From NCBI GenBank assembly GCA_965277805.1, contig OZ255842.1:2080001-2144000 (forward strand): a DNA stretch of 64,000 nucleotides, in the 5' to 3' direction. Below the pieces are notes generated by a model, which made no database searches, was not told where the DNA came from, and worked only from the letters and a program-made list of their open reading frames with translations. The position numbers and the translations under genes were made by a program. This document shows, piece after piece, positions 28,452 through 38,241 of this stretch. The stretch is from Candidatus Lustribacter sp. (GTDB lineage Bacteria; Vulcanimicrobiota; Vulcanimicrobiia; Vulcanimicrobiales; Vulcanimicrobiaceae). The stretch's first letter is position 1, and every line of letters begins with the position of its first letter.

Positions 28452-28886
28452 TTAATCCCCGCTATGTAGTTTAATAGCGGCAGACCGCCAACGTTGCAAG
28501 CGGATCGGAAGCACGGCGGTTACTTCGCATCTCAGGGGGTTGGCGACAACGTCGAGATTGCGGGCGAGTTGGTTCACGATGTACAAGCCTCGGCCGCCTT
28601 GAGCGTAGAGTGGTTGAGGACGGAGAGTCGAGAGATCGAAACAATCGCCGTCGTCGGTGACGCGCAGCGTCGCCCATTCATCCTCGATCAACTCGACCTT
28701 CACGCTCGTTCGCGCGCACTTCACCGCGTTCGCAACGAGTTCACCAAAAATCAACGCGCCATCGTAGCGGGCTAGTTCGCCGGTGGGATTCGTTTTCACC
28801 ATGCGTGAGAACTCGTGCCGAGCTGAAACGGCCCCTCTGAGATCGCCGCCCTTGATCCACCATTCCCGTGCCGTCCGTTTCGTCAC
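28452..28886 (-). CDS. HATPase_c anti-sigma-factor-like ATP-binding protein
   Basis: GELVANAVK, VTDDGDCF, GGRGLYIV. Confidence 0.8.
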   Translation of the reverse strand: MTKRTAREWWIKGGDLRGAVSARHEFSRMVKTNPTGELARYDGALIFGELVANAVKCARTSVKVELIEDEWATLRVTDDGDCFDLSTLRPQPLYAQGGRGLYIVNQLARNLDVVANPLRCEVTAVLPIRLQRWRSAAIKLHSGD

Positions 28887-29020
28887 ATCGCGTACCTCAC
28901 CGGTCTCATACCCAAATCAATGGCTCACTGCAAGCGGTTGCTGGTTTCCGTCCGGCTGTCTTATGCTCGTTGTTTCGAGCAATGCTTGCCTTGGCCTCAA
29001 ATGGGTACATTGGCACCCTT

Positions 29021-29758
29021 GTGATAAAATCGCAGCCGTCTCTGAACGACCTTTTAGCACATCTTCCTGACCGCGAATGGCACCTTCTGGCACCCCACGC
29101 GACGATCGTAAATCTTCATCACGCTGAGCAGATTTTTGATGACCATGATCCGGGAACGCTGACGTATTTTCCGCTCACGTCAATCGTTTCGATGATCGCC
29201 CAAATGGCCAACGGCGACGAATGCGAGTACGGGTGCATTGGTCGCGAAGGCATGCTGGGTTTGCACGTGGCCTTAGGAGCGCAACCCCTTCGGGGCCAAG
29301 GATTGTGCCAGCTGGAGGGAGCGGCAGTTCGTTTGGACGGAAAGATTCTGCAGAAACTTACGCACAACGGCGAAGCCCCCGAACTGCATCGCCTTTTGTT
29401 GCGCTATGCTCAGGCATCGATCAACGTGCTAGCGCAATCGGCGGCCTGCAATGCATTGCACAGTGTTTCAGCGCGGACAGCTCGGTGGCTGCTGCAAAGC
29501 CAAGACCGAGCGGGTGCAGATGAGTTTTCCTTGACACAAGAATTCTTGGCGCGAATGCTCGGCGTGCGCCGTGCGACGGTGACCGAAGTGGCTTTGGAAC
29601 TTCAGAAGCTCGGTATCATTACGTATACGCGCGGCCACATCACGGTTTTGGATCACGGCGCGCTCTTAGCAGTAAGCTGCGAATGCTACGAACTGATGAA
29701 GAATGAGTACGAACTTGTTTTCCAGGGTAGCGCGAATCACGCAAACCGGCGGACATAA
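29021..29758 (+). CDS. Crp/Fnr family regulator
   Basis: IGREGMLG, AQSAACNALH, LTQEFLARMLGVRRATVTE, CECY. Confidence 0.92.
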   Translation: MIKSQPSLNDLLAHLPDREWHLLAPHATIVNLHHAEQIFDDHDPGTLTYFPLTSIVSMIAQMANGDECEYGCIGREGMLGLHVALGAQPLRGQGLCQLEGAAVRLDGKILQKLTHNGEAPELHRLLLRYAQASINVLAQSAACNALHSVSARTARWLLQSQDRAGADEFSLTQEFLARMLGVRRATVTEVALELQKLGIITYTRGHITVLDHGALLAVSCECYELMKNEYELVFQGSANHANRRT

Positions 29759-29854
29759 TTGCCCTAGTTTTCGGACTGGCCATAAGGTGACTGGCGAAGC
29801 TTCTTCGAGTCGCCTACGTGGTACACGTTCCTGCGACGCCCTCGCCGAAGCGCC

Positions 29855-30037
29855 TTACGTCCTTTCAGAATCATAAATCGATGGGCCCGGACGCCGTACT
29901 TCGGCGATGGCCGCATCCAACGCCAGCCACGCGCTTAATTTACACGAGCAGTTGTTTGCGAACTGGTCGCCTCCACAACCCTGCATCTCGTGTTGGCTGA
30001 GTGTGTGGCCGCAGGGGCATTTGACCAGATTTGTCAC
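29855..30037 (-). CDS. Small Cys/His-rich protein (60 aa)
   Basis: CPCGHTLSQH...GCGG...CSC...LALDAAI; GTG overlaps the upstream TGA. Confidence 0.6.
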   Translation of the reverse strand: MTNLVKCPCGHTLSQHEMQGCGGDQFANNCSCKLSAWLALDAAIAEVRRPGPSIYDSERT

Positions 30038-30336
30038 GAGCGACGGTCTACGCGCCGCACGGTCATAGACGCTAGAACGTTGCGCCGCAGTCGCGCGTGC
30101 GATCCGTCGAACGATTTGATCCCGGCGTCGAGCGCCGCGACGTCCGAGCGCTTGCAATCACACGGGCCGCCACGCATCGCGACCCCACCACATCCCTGCG
30201 AATCGTGAAACGCTATGGTATGCCCGCATGCGCAATGAAGCGATTTCCTAAGACCTCGGCGATCAACGCCTTGATAACTATCCCTGCTGATATGCAACCT
30301 AGATACTCCGCTATCCGTTAGATGATTCCGGTCCAA
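30034..30336 (-). CDS. Small Cys/His-rich protein, paralogue of the downstream ORF (start uncertain)
   Basis: CACGHTIAFH...GCGG...CDC...AALDAGI. Confidence 0.6.
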   Translation of the reverse strand: MDRNHLTDSGVSRLHISRDSYQGVDRRGLRKSLHCACGHTIAFHDSQGCGGVAMRGGPCDCKRSDVAALDAGIKSFDGSHARLRRNVLASMTVRRVDRRS

Positions 30337-30529
30337 GAGGCCCGGTCAAGAGTCTAACGCAGCCGGCATCGGGGTCGATGTGCTTGGGAGCACACGCGCC
30401 ATGAAACTTTGGTTAAGGGTGTCTGGCATTGCGCCGCGTTGCGCGAGCCTGCCGAAGTTGCGAAGAATTGTTGCGTGTCCATCTCGCCCGCGCGAGGCAG
30501 TTTCCACATCGGGCGCCAAGCACTCCCGC

Positions 30530-32155
30530 ATGAGCGGTCCCGCGCGCAACGTGCTCTTCATCATGGCCGATCAGTTACGCTGGGACTATCTCTCGTGCGC
30601 GATGCCGGGCCGCGTGGCGACGCCGAACATCGACGCCCTCGCCAAGCGCGGCGTGCGCTTCGACCGCGCCTACGTGCAATCGCCGATCTGCGGCCCCTCG
30701 CGCATGTCGACGTACACCGGCACCTACATGCGCACGCACGGCACGACCTGGAACGACGTGCCGCTGCGCCTCGATGAATGGACGCTCGGCGACTACCTGC
30801 GCCCGCTCGGCATGCGCACGCAACTGGTCGGCAAGACGCACATGCGCGCCGACATCGACGCAATCGAGCGCCTCGGCATCGACCGCAACTCCGAGTGCGG
30901 CAAGCTCCTGATCGAATGCGGCTTCGAAGCCTTCGAACGCGACGACGGCCTCCATCCCGAATCGCCCGCCATCCCGCCCGAGCGCCATGCCCAACTCCGC
31001 TACAACCAATACCTCAACGCGCTCGGCTACGACGGCCCCAACCCCTGGCACACGTGGGCCAACTCGTGGGAAGACGCGGACGGCACGATCCGCTCGGGCT
31101 GGCTGCTCGACGCCGGCCCGCATCCCGCGCGCGTCGCGGCCGAACATTCCGAAACGCCGTACATGACGCGCCGCGCAATCGAGTGCATCGAACGGTCCGT
31201 CGGCGCGCCGTGGTGCATCCACCTTTCGTTTATCAAGCCGCACTGGCCGTACATCGCGCCCGCACCGTATCACGCGCTCTACGGACCGGACGCTGTCCCG
31301 CCGGCCGTGCGCGGCGGAGGCGAGCGCCGAGCGCACCCGGTCCTCGACGCGTTCCAGCAACTGCACTACTCGCGAAGCTTCCAGCGCGACGACGTACGCC
31401 GCGCCGTCATCCCCGCCTACATGGGCCTGATCAAACAGATCGACGACGAGCTCGGCAAACTCTTCGCCTACCTCGAATCACACGCGTTGCTCGATTCGAC
31501 GATGATCGTCTTCACGAGCGATCACGGCGACTTTCTCGGCGATCACTGGCTCGGTGAAAAGGACTTCTTCCACGAACCCTCCGCCCGCGTTCCGCTGATC
31601 ATCGCCGATCCGCGCAAGGAAGCCGACGTCACGCGCGGCACGGCCAGCACGGCCCTCGTCGAGCAGATCGATCTCGCGCCGACGTTCATCGAATTCGCCG
31701 GCGGCACGCCCGCCTACCACCGCCTGCAAGGCCGCGCCCTCACGCCGCTGCTCCACGGAGCGGTGCCGCCCGATTGGCGCAGCGCCGCCTTCAGCGAGTT
31801 CGACTACGCGATCAACGGCGTGCGCCAAATCCTCGACACGCCGATCGATCGCTCGAAGATGCAGATGGTCGTCACCGATCGCTGGAAGCTGATGGCGTTC
31901 GACGGCTATCCGCCGATGGCGTTCGATCTGCACGACGACCCGCACGAACTCCACGACCGCGGCACCGATCCCGGCGCAGCGCACGCCGTCGCCGATCTGC
32001 GCGAACGCCTCGACGACTGGGCCGAACGCGTCCGCCGTCCCACCGAATCCGTCGCGAGCCTCGAACGCCGCACTGGTACGCAAACCGCCCGCGGCATCCT
32101 CATCGGCATCGTGGATGAGGACGATCTCGTGCGGCAAAAAAACTGCGGCGGATAA
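30530..32155 (+). CDS. Sulfatase/phosphonate monoester hydrolase family
   Basis: NVLFIMADQLR, CGPSR (formylglycine motif), VGKTH, KPHWPY, SDHGDFLGDH. Confidence 0.92.
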   Translation: MSGPARNVLFIMADQLRWDYLSCAMPGRVATPNIDALAKRGVRFDRAYVQSPICGPSRMSTYTGTYMRTHGTTWNDVPLRLDEWTLGDYLRPLGMRTQLVGKTHMRADIDAIERLGIDRNSECGKLLIECGFEAFERDDGLHPESPAIPPERHAQLRYNQYLNALGYDGPNPWHTWANSWEDADGTIRSGWLLDAGPHPARVAAEHSETPYMTRRAIECIERSVGAPWCIHLSFIKPHWPYIAPAPYHALYGPDAVPPAVRGGGERRAHPVLDAFQQLHYSRSFQRDDVRRAVIPAYMGLIKQIDDELGKLFAYLESHALLDSTMIVFTSDHGDFLGDHWLGEKDFFHEPSARVPLIIADPRKEADVTRGTASTALVEQIDLAPTFIEFAGGTPAYHRLQGRALTPLLHGAVPPDWRSAAFSEFDYAINGVRQILDTPIDRSKMQMVVTDRWKLMAFDGYPPMAFDLHDDPHELHDRGTDPGAAHAVADLRERLDDWAERVRRPTESVASLERRTGTQTARGILIGIVDEDDLVRQKNCGG

Positions 32156-32182
32156 CGCCGGCGAATTGTCGTATCTGGCGGG

Positions 32183-33217
32183 ATGCGAACTACACAAGTT
32201 CGTTGGGTTCACGTTTGTCTGACGGCTCTCGCGGCGCTCCTTACGAACTGCGGGGGCGGTGGCGGCGGACAAGCAAGCGCTGGCTCCCAATTGGCCCCGG
32301 CGACGCCCGCCGGCACGGCCGAAGTCGACATCGTCATCATGATTCCGCGAGCAGCCGCTGCAACGAGCCGCGCCCCGCAATACGTCTCACCCGCAACGGC
32401 CGGCATCAGCGTCACCGTTAGCGGACAGACAACCAGCGGGCCCTGCCCGGCCTCATCGACGACGTGCAGCTTCGGTGTCGTCGCGCCGCTGGGCACCGAT
32501 ACGTTTACGATTTCCGCGTACGATGCGTCCTCAGCGCTGCTGGGAACCGGAAGCACTACGGCGACCATCCTGGCGAACGGCGTCAATACGATTTCGGTGA
32601 CGTTCGATGGGATCGTGTCATCGCTCAGCGTCAACCTCTCACCGAGTACGCTGACGGTCGGCCTGCCGGCAACGACGACGCTCTCGGTCGTAGCGAAGGA
32701 CGCCGCCGGGTACGTGATCTTGCAGCCCGGCAATTACGAGCAGCCGATCCGAATCACAACCTCGCCGCCGCTGCCCGCGCCGCTGACGTTCGGCGGACCA
32801 ACGACCATTGCCGCAATCCCGGCAACGACGACGATGATTCCGGTCGATTATTCGGGCGCGCTCGCCGCCGGACCGATCACCTTCACGGCAACGTCCGGCA
32901 CGGTCTCGGGATCGGCTTCGCTCACCATTCCGCCGCCGGGACCGCTGACCGTATCACCCGGCACCGTGCAATTCACGACCGTGCCCGGCGCTGCGTCGAT
33001 CTCGGTGAGCCAGAACAACTATAACGGCGGCTTTGTCTTTACGCAGTCACCGCCCGGAAGTTGCTCGGGGGTCGTGTCGCTCGGAACCTTCTCCGGCGGT
33101 TTGCTGCCGTTAACGTCGCTCGGCGTGGGCACGTGCACCGTGATCGTCTCGAACTCGCTCGGCGCCAGCACGCCGGTGACGGTCAACGTCGAGACGACGA
33201 CCTTGGTGGGTTCATGA
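32183..33217 (+). CDS. Ser/Thr-rich lipoprotein with Ig-like repeats
   Basis: Lipobox LLTNC followed by a Gly run; PQYVSPAT; beta-rich. Confidence 0.75.
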   Translation: MRTTQVRWVHVCLTALAALLTNCGGGGGGQASAGSQLAPATPAGTAEVDIVIMIPRAAAATSRAPQYVSPATAGISVTVSGQTTSGPCPASSTTCSFGVVAPLGTDTFTISAYDASSALLGTGSTTATILANGVNTISVTFDGIVSSLSVNLSPSTLTVGLPATTTLSVVAKDAAGYVILQPGNYEQPIRITTSPPLPAPLTFGGPTTIAAIPATTTMIPVDYSGALAAGPITFTATSGTVSGSASLTIPPPGPLTVSPGTVQFTTVPGAASISVSQNNYNGGFVFTQSPPGSCSGVVSLGTFSGGLLPLTSLGVGTCTVIVSNSLGASTPVTVNVETTTLVGS

Positions 33218-34848
33218 TGGTATCGTTCGTTCGTATTGCACTCGCTGCCGCGATGGTGAGCCTAGCCGCCTGTGGCGGCGGCGGCGGAACCGGATCGTCG
33301 ATACCATCGGCGACCCCAACCAAGGCCGCCGCCCAAACGGTCGCGGTAACGTTCACCATCACCATTCCGCGCGCGACCAGCAGCACGAGCCGTCACCTGC
33401 AATACATTTCCGCCAGCACGGCGTCGGCCAGCGTCAGCGTCAACGCGGGCGCGCCGGTCAACGCGGCGTGTTCGACCACCTGCACGCTGACCATCAACGC
33501 GCCGGTCGGTCTCGATACCTTCGCCGCCTCGCTGTACGACGCGTCGCACGTGCTCCTGTCCCAAGGGTCGACATCGGCGACGATCGGCGCAACGATCGCG
33601 AACGTGGTTGCCATTGCCTTCGGTGGCCAGGTCGCGAAAATCCAGCTTGCGTCGGCGGTCACGCACCTCGTGCCGGGAACGTTAGCGACGACGGCCACCG
33701 TCAGCGTGACCGTTCTCGATGCCGACAACAACACGATCGTCGGCACCGATCCGTACGCGAACCCGATCACGTTGAGCGATAGCGACGTCTCCGGCAACAC
33801 GACCGTATCGGCCACCTCCATCACCTCGCCCGCCGTCAGCAGCGTTACGTTCACGTACAACGGTTCCGGAACGCTGGCCGGCAACACCGTCACGATAACG
33901 CCGTCGGCAACCGGCGCCGGCACGATTACGCCGGTAAGCTTTAGCGTTTACCCGCACCACACGATTCTCGAATACGCTATTCCCGGCGGAGACTTTCCTG
34001 ATTCGGTCGCGACCGGATCCGATGGCAACCTGTGGTTCGGTCAGCAGAACGTCTCGAAGGTGGGGTACGTCACTCCAGACGGCACGGTCCAGCAATTTTC
34101 GGTCCCGAGCGGCGGGATCGCGTTCATTTGCAAGGGCTCTGACGGCAACATCTGGTTCACCGAGCCGCTGGCCGATAAAATCGGGCGCGTTACGCCGGCT
34201 GGCGTCGTGACCGAGTTCAACGTGCCGACGGCGAACGCGCAACCCGAAGGCATCGCGTCAGGCTCGAGCGGCAACCTTTACTTCGCCGAATTCGGCGCGG
34301 GTAACTCCGGCCGTCTCGGGCAGATCACGACGAGCGGCGTCGTGACGGAGTCTGCGCAAATCCCAACCATGCCCCAGCTCGATAATGTCGCCATGGGCCC
34401 AGACGGCCGAATGTGGGTATCCGAGCCTTTTGCTGGCGGCGCGCTGATGCTCGATGCGTTCTCGCAGACGGACCTCTCGTATACGCAATACTCGATTCCG
34501 GGCGGCGCGCAGCTGCGCAATGTCGTCAACGGGCCGCTCGGCGCCCTCTGGGTCCTGGACGCGGCCAATCACAAGCTCGATCCGGTAGACACCAGCAACG
34601 GCATCTTTGCGGCCCAACTGCCGCTCGTTGACGTCGAGCCGCAGGGACTCGCCGTCGGTTCGGACGGCAACCTGTATTACGGCGGCGATAACACGAACGT
34701 CATCGGCGCGGTGACGACAGCCGGCGTGGAAACCGATTATGCTATTCCCACCGGTAGTGCGGTCCCGAGCGACCTTACCTCGGGTCCGGACGGAAACATT
34801 TGGTTCGCCGAGTTCTCAGCAAACAAGATCGGCCGCCTGATTCTCTAA
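33214..34848 (+). CDS. Lipoprotein with Ig-like stalk and Vgb (virginiamycin B lyase)-like beta-propeller
   Basis: Lipobox SLAAC; repeated G-S/P-DGN-L/I-WF-x-E blades; ATGA coupling. Confidence 0.8.
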   Translation: MMVSFVRIALAAAMVSLAACGGGGGTGSSIPSATPTKAAAQTVAVTFTITIPRATSSTSRHLQYISASTASASVSVNAGAPVNAACSTTCTLTINAPVGLDTFAASLYDASHVLLSQGSTSATIGATIANVVAIAFGGQVAKIQLASAVTHLVPGTLATTATVSVTVLDADNNTIVGTDPYANPITLSDSDVSGNTTVSATSITSPAVSSVTFTYNGSGTLAGNTVTITPSATGAGTITPVSFSVYPHHTILEYAIPGGDFPDSVATGSDGNLWFGQQNVSKVGYVTPDGTVQQFSVPSGGIAFICKGSDGNIWFTEPLADKIGRVTPAGVVTEFNVPTANAQPEGIASGSSGNLYFAEFGAGNSGRLGQITTSGVVTESAQIPTMPQLDNVAMGPDGRMWVSEPFAGGALMLDAFSQTDLSYTQYSIPGGAQLRNVVNGPLGALWVLDAANHKLDPVDTSNGIFAAQLPLVDVEPQGLAVGSDGNLYYGGDNTNVIGAVTTAGVETDYAIPTGSAVPSDLTSGPDGNIWFAEFSANKIGRLIL

Positions 34849-34859
34849 TAGAACATCTC

Positions 34860-35717
34860 ATGGTTGACGTCATCCCCTACGGCCCGACGTTCGTCGCCGA
34901 AGTGCGCGGCATCGACTTCACGCAGCCCGTGAGCGACGCAACGGCACAGCAAGTTCACCAAGCGTTGATGGACCATAAAGTGCTGTTCTTCCGCGACGCC
35001 GAGATGACGCCCGAACAGCACGTCGCGTTCGGCAAGAAATTCGGTGAACTCACGATCCATCCGTTCGTGCCGCACCTCGAACACCTGCCCGAAGTGCTCG
35101 TCCTCGACAACCATCAAGACAACCCCGTCTTCTCCACCGACGTCTGGCATTCAGACGAAACGTTCCGCATCGATCCGCCGATGGGATCGATCCTGCGCTG
35201 CATCACGATCCCCGAACGCGGCGGCGACACGCTCTGGGCCGACATGGCCGCCGCCTACAGCGGTCTCAGCAGCAAGATGCAGCACCTGATCGACGATCTC
35301 GAAGCGATCCACGACTTTCAGAACTTCCGCCACAAGTTCGACGACCTCTCACCGCGCGAACGCCACGAACGCCTAGCAAAAATGGAAGAGGAACTCCCGA
35401 ACCCGACGCACCCCGTCGTCACCGCGCACCCAGCCACCGGTCAAAAAATTCTCTTCGTCAACCCTCAATTCACGCTCGCAATCAAAGGCATGTCGGAAAC
35501 CGAAAGCCGCGCACTCCTAACGCAGCTCTTCATGCAGGCAATGATCCCCGAATACCAGTTCCGCTTCCACTGGCAACCCAACTCCATGGTCTTCTGGGAC
35601 AACCGAGGCACCCAACACTACGCCGCCAACGACTACTACCCCAACCGCCGCACCATGCAAAGAGTAACCATAAAAACCGAACACCCCGCGCACGACCTAA
35701 AGTCATCCCGAGCTTGA
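34860..35717 (+). CDS. TauD/TfdA alpha-ketoglutarate-dependent dioxygenase
   Basis: WHSDE, GGDTLW, HPVV..HP.TG, WDNRGTQHYA; stop codon lies inside the REP copy. Confidence 0.92.
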   Translation: MVDVIPYGPTFVAEVRGIDFTQPVSDATAQQVHQALMDHKVLFFRDAEMTPEQHVAFGKKFGELTIHPFVPHLEHLPEVLVLDNHQDNPVFSTDVWHSDETFRIDPPMGSILRCITIPERGGDTLWADMAAAYSGLSSKMQHLIDDLEAIHDFQNFRHKFDDLSPRERHERLAKMEEELPNPTHPVVTAHPATGQKILFVNPQFTLAIKGMSETESRALLTQLFMQAMIPEYQFRFHWQPNSMVFWDNRGTQHYAANDYYPNRRTMQRVTIKTEHPAHDLKSSRA

Positions 35718-35732
35718 CGAGGGACCGCCACC
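35702..35732 (+). repeat. REP-like palindrome, copy 1
   Basis: GTCATCCCGAGCTTGACGAGGGACCGCCACC. Confidence 0.85.
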
Positions 35733-35735
35733 ATC

Positions 35736-36215
35736 TTGCCCACGAGATTCTCCGTCCGCCTACCACTCATGCTCGCGCTCCTCGGAGTCGCGCTCCAAGG
35801 CCGCGCCACAGCCGCCGTCCTCACCACCCACACGCAAACGTTCATCGGTGCCGAGGGCTCGTTGAAATTCCCAGGCGGCGTACCCCAGTGCGACACATCA
35901 GCAAAAGGCATCGACGCACTGACGCTCCCGGAGGCCACTCTCGCACCCACATCAGCAGCCACGCAGCTGGCGTGGACGCCCTCGGGTAGTCAATCGAGCG
36001 CGTACCAAATCACAGTAACCGATCCCACCGGCGCAGTCGCAACAACGTGGCAGATCGGCGCAAACTCAACCGCGCAAGTCTCGTTTTTCAAATCCGGCGA
36101 GCCGGCCGGCGCGTGGTCGCTCCGCGAGTCGGGACTTCCCTCGAGCATCTGCTCCAACGGCTCGCTCATGGGCAGCCCCGGCACCGCTACCGGCACCGCC
36201 GCCTGGTATCAGTAG
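35736..36215 (+). CDS. Hypothetical secreted protein (start possibly ATG 35769)
   Basis: Signal-peptide-like N-terminus, two Cys, beta-rich. Confidence 0.6.
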   Translation: MPTRFSVRLPLMLALLGVALQGRATAAVLTTHTQTFIGAEGSLKFPGGVPQCDTSAKGIDALTLPEATLAPTSAATQLAWTPSGSQSSAYQITVTDPTGAVATTWQIGANSTAQVSFFKSGEPAGAWSLRESGLPSSICSNGSLMGSPGTATGTAAWYQ

Positions 36216-37261
36216 CTCACGAAACCGGCCGGTACGCCCGCTAACCCTTCTTCGATGTCCAGCGCGCAGCGCATGATCAGCGCGAGCAAATGGCTGCGGA
36301 CGAGCCGATAACCGCCGGTGATGTCGAGCACGCCCAGAATCGCCTGCGTATCCGGATCGCGGATCGGCGCCGCCGTGCACGTAAGGTGTTGCCAACCGTC
36401 GCAAAAATGCTCGGCGGCCATCAACTGCAACGGGCGGCCGTCGGCAAGCGCGGTCCCGATCGCGTTGGTGCCTGCGGCGCCTTCGCTCCAGTCGGCGCCC
36501 GCAACGAATTCAAGCCGCTCCAAGAGATGCACGACGGCACGATCGCCTTCGATGTGGAGTATTCGACCCGCACTGTCGGTCAACACGACGACATAGCCCG
36601 AACCGGCAAGGTGATCGACGAGAAAGGTCACCACCGGACGAGCCGCACGCAACAGCCGTTCGCTCGCAAGCAGCAAGTCATCGAGTTCCGCGGCGCGCGT
36701 GATCAACAGCGGTGCGATCGCGCGCGCCGCGTCAACGGCCGCAGCCCGGCTGCGCAGCCACGACGTCACGATGCGCGCGCGGCCGCCCGGTCGAAGTTCA
36801 CCCGTCTGGAGGAAGCGTTCGCGGATGCGCATCAAGTTGCGCGCGGTCTGCTCGATCTCGGCCGGTGTGGCGATCGACAACGCGATGCCCGGTGCGGCCG
36901 CAAGCGTGAGGATCTCCGGATTCGCCGTGATATCCACCGTCGACGCGCCCGCCAGACCGATGTCCGGCAGCGCCATGCGCAGCAGCCCGAGCCGGTCGGG
37001 AACGTCGAGCGCGAAGACGTCGGCCAGGCGGCCGGCCAGCGCCGCCGAGGCGTGTGACCCACCGGCTTCCAGCAACGCATACCACGTCCGGCTCACGCCG
37101 ACTGCCTCCGAGACCTCTTCCTGCGTCACCGGGCGCCCAACCCGCGAGGGCAAACGCTCGTAGGATCCGAGCTGCGTTACCGCCGGATTGGTCGCAAGCC
37201 GTAGCCTCCGCAGGAAGCTCCCAAAGCTGAGATCGGTCGTAGTAAAGCAGCCCTTTGCAAT
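36209..37261 (-). CDS. XRE-HTH plus AcoR-type GAF domain regulator (5' end uncertain)
   Basis: VGRPVTQEEVSEAVGVSRTWY HTH; WSEGAAGTNAIGTAL, AEHF, CTAAPIRDP GAF; frame stays homologous upstream of TTG 37153 (FGSFLRRLRL). Confidence 0.8.
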   Translation of the reverse strand: MAKGCFTTTDLSFGSFLRRLRLATNPAVTQLGSYERLPSRVGRPVTQEEVSEAVGVSRTWYALLEAGGSHASAALAGRLADVFALDVPDRLGLLRMALPDIGLAGASTVDITANPEILTLAAAPGIALSIATPAEIEQTARNLMRIRERFLQTGELRPGGRARIVTSWLRSRAAAVDAARAIAPLLITRAAELDDLLLASERLLRAARPVVTFLVDHLAGSGYVVVLTDSAGRILHIEGDRAVVHLLERLEFVAGADWSEGAAGTNAIGTALADGRPLQLMAAEHFCDGWQHLTCTAAPIRDPDTQAILGVLDITGGYRLVRSHLLALIMRCALDIEEGLAGVPAGFVSY

Positions 37262-38238
37262 CGAGCTATTTTTTCACCTTCGGCGGCAAAGGAGGGGTCG
37301 TAAAGGTCGGCCATGGGCGGCAGCGCGGGAATGATGCCGAACCCGACCTGATATTTCCCGATCGCGGCGATCCCCGACGGCGAGAGCTTTAGGTTCGGAT
37401 CGTAGGCTTTCCACTTGCCGAAATCGATATCCCAAGCCCGGGCGGCAATCAGCGGATCGATGTGCGCGCTGGCAACGAGCGCCGCGACGGACGCCGCCTT
37501 GTGCGCATAGCCGTACTGCATCCCACGGTGCACGGCGCGCAAAAACTTCACCAGCAGCGGGCGATTCTTTTCGGCCCAACTCGTGTTGGCGAAGATGCAG
37601 GCGAAGGCCCAATCCTGGGTCGTATCGACCGCACTGCCGAGAATGCGATCGCCGGCAGCTTCAGCCACCAAATCGTAGGGTTCGTTCAGCATCGCGCCTT
37701 GCACGTTGCCGCTGTTGAGGCCGGCGATGCGCTCAGTGCTGTTGCCGCTGATCACGATGGAGAAATCGTCGAGTTTGAGGTTATGCGCTGCGGCCATCGT
37801 CGTGAAAGCGATTGCGGTGACGTCTTGTTTCGTCGCGAGCATGACCGACTTGCCCTTGAGGTCGGCCCACGTCTTGATGTCCGGAGCGACGACGAGCGAG
37901 TAGGGGTTCACGCTGAACATCGGCGCGACGATCTTGATCGGAAGCTGATGCGCGATCGCGACGATTTCGGAATCGCACCCGTTGGCGCCGAGATTGACGG
38001 CGCCGGTCGCAACTTGGCTGACGACATTGGGCGGCGTTCCGCCCACGACCATCGTCACCGCGATGCCCTCGTCCTTATAGAAGCCTTGCGATTCCGCCAG
38101 GATCAACGGCCACCCCGCCGTGCCCGGCGCGACCAGCGCAAAGGTCAGTTCGGTGAGACCGCTTTGAGCGACGGCCGGGCGAGGCCCGGCGAACGAGGCC
38201 AGGCTTGCCAGCAAGACGAGCGCGATCGCGCGCATCAT
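37177..38238 (-). CDS. ABC substrate-binding protein, NitT/TauT family
   Basis: GFYKDEGI, IKTWADLKGK, RIAGLNSGNVQGAML; 3' end may be over-extended. Confidence 0.85.
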   Translation of the reverse strand: MMRAIALVLLASLASFAGPRPAVAQSGLTELTFALVAPGTAGWPLILAESQGFYKDEGIAVTMVVGGTPPNVVSQVATGAVNLGANGCDSEIVAIAHQLPIKIVAPMFSVNPYSLVVAPDIKTWADLKGKSVMLATKQDVTAIAFTTMAAAHNLKLDDFSIVISGNSTERIAGLNSGNVQGAMLNEPYDLVAEAAGDRILGSAVDTTQDWAFACIFANTSWAEKNRPLLVKFLRAVHRGMQYGYAHKAASVAALVASAHIDPLIAARAWDIDFGKWKAYDPNLKLSPSGIAAIGKYQVGFGIIPALPPMADLYDPSFAAEGEKIARLQRAALLRPISALGASCGGYGLRPIRR

Positions 38239-38241
38239 CGT

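Noticed and set aside
33214-34848. Streptogramin resistance gene vgb
   Set aside because: Only the propeller repeat is shared; this is a lipoprotein with an Ig-like stalk, and catalytic residues were not verified
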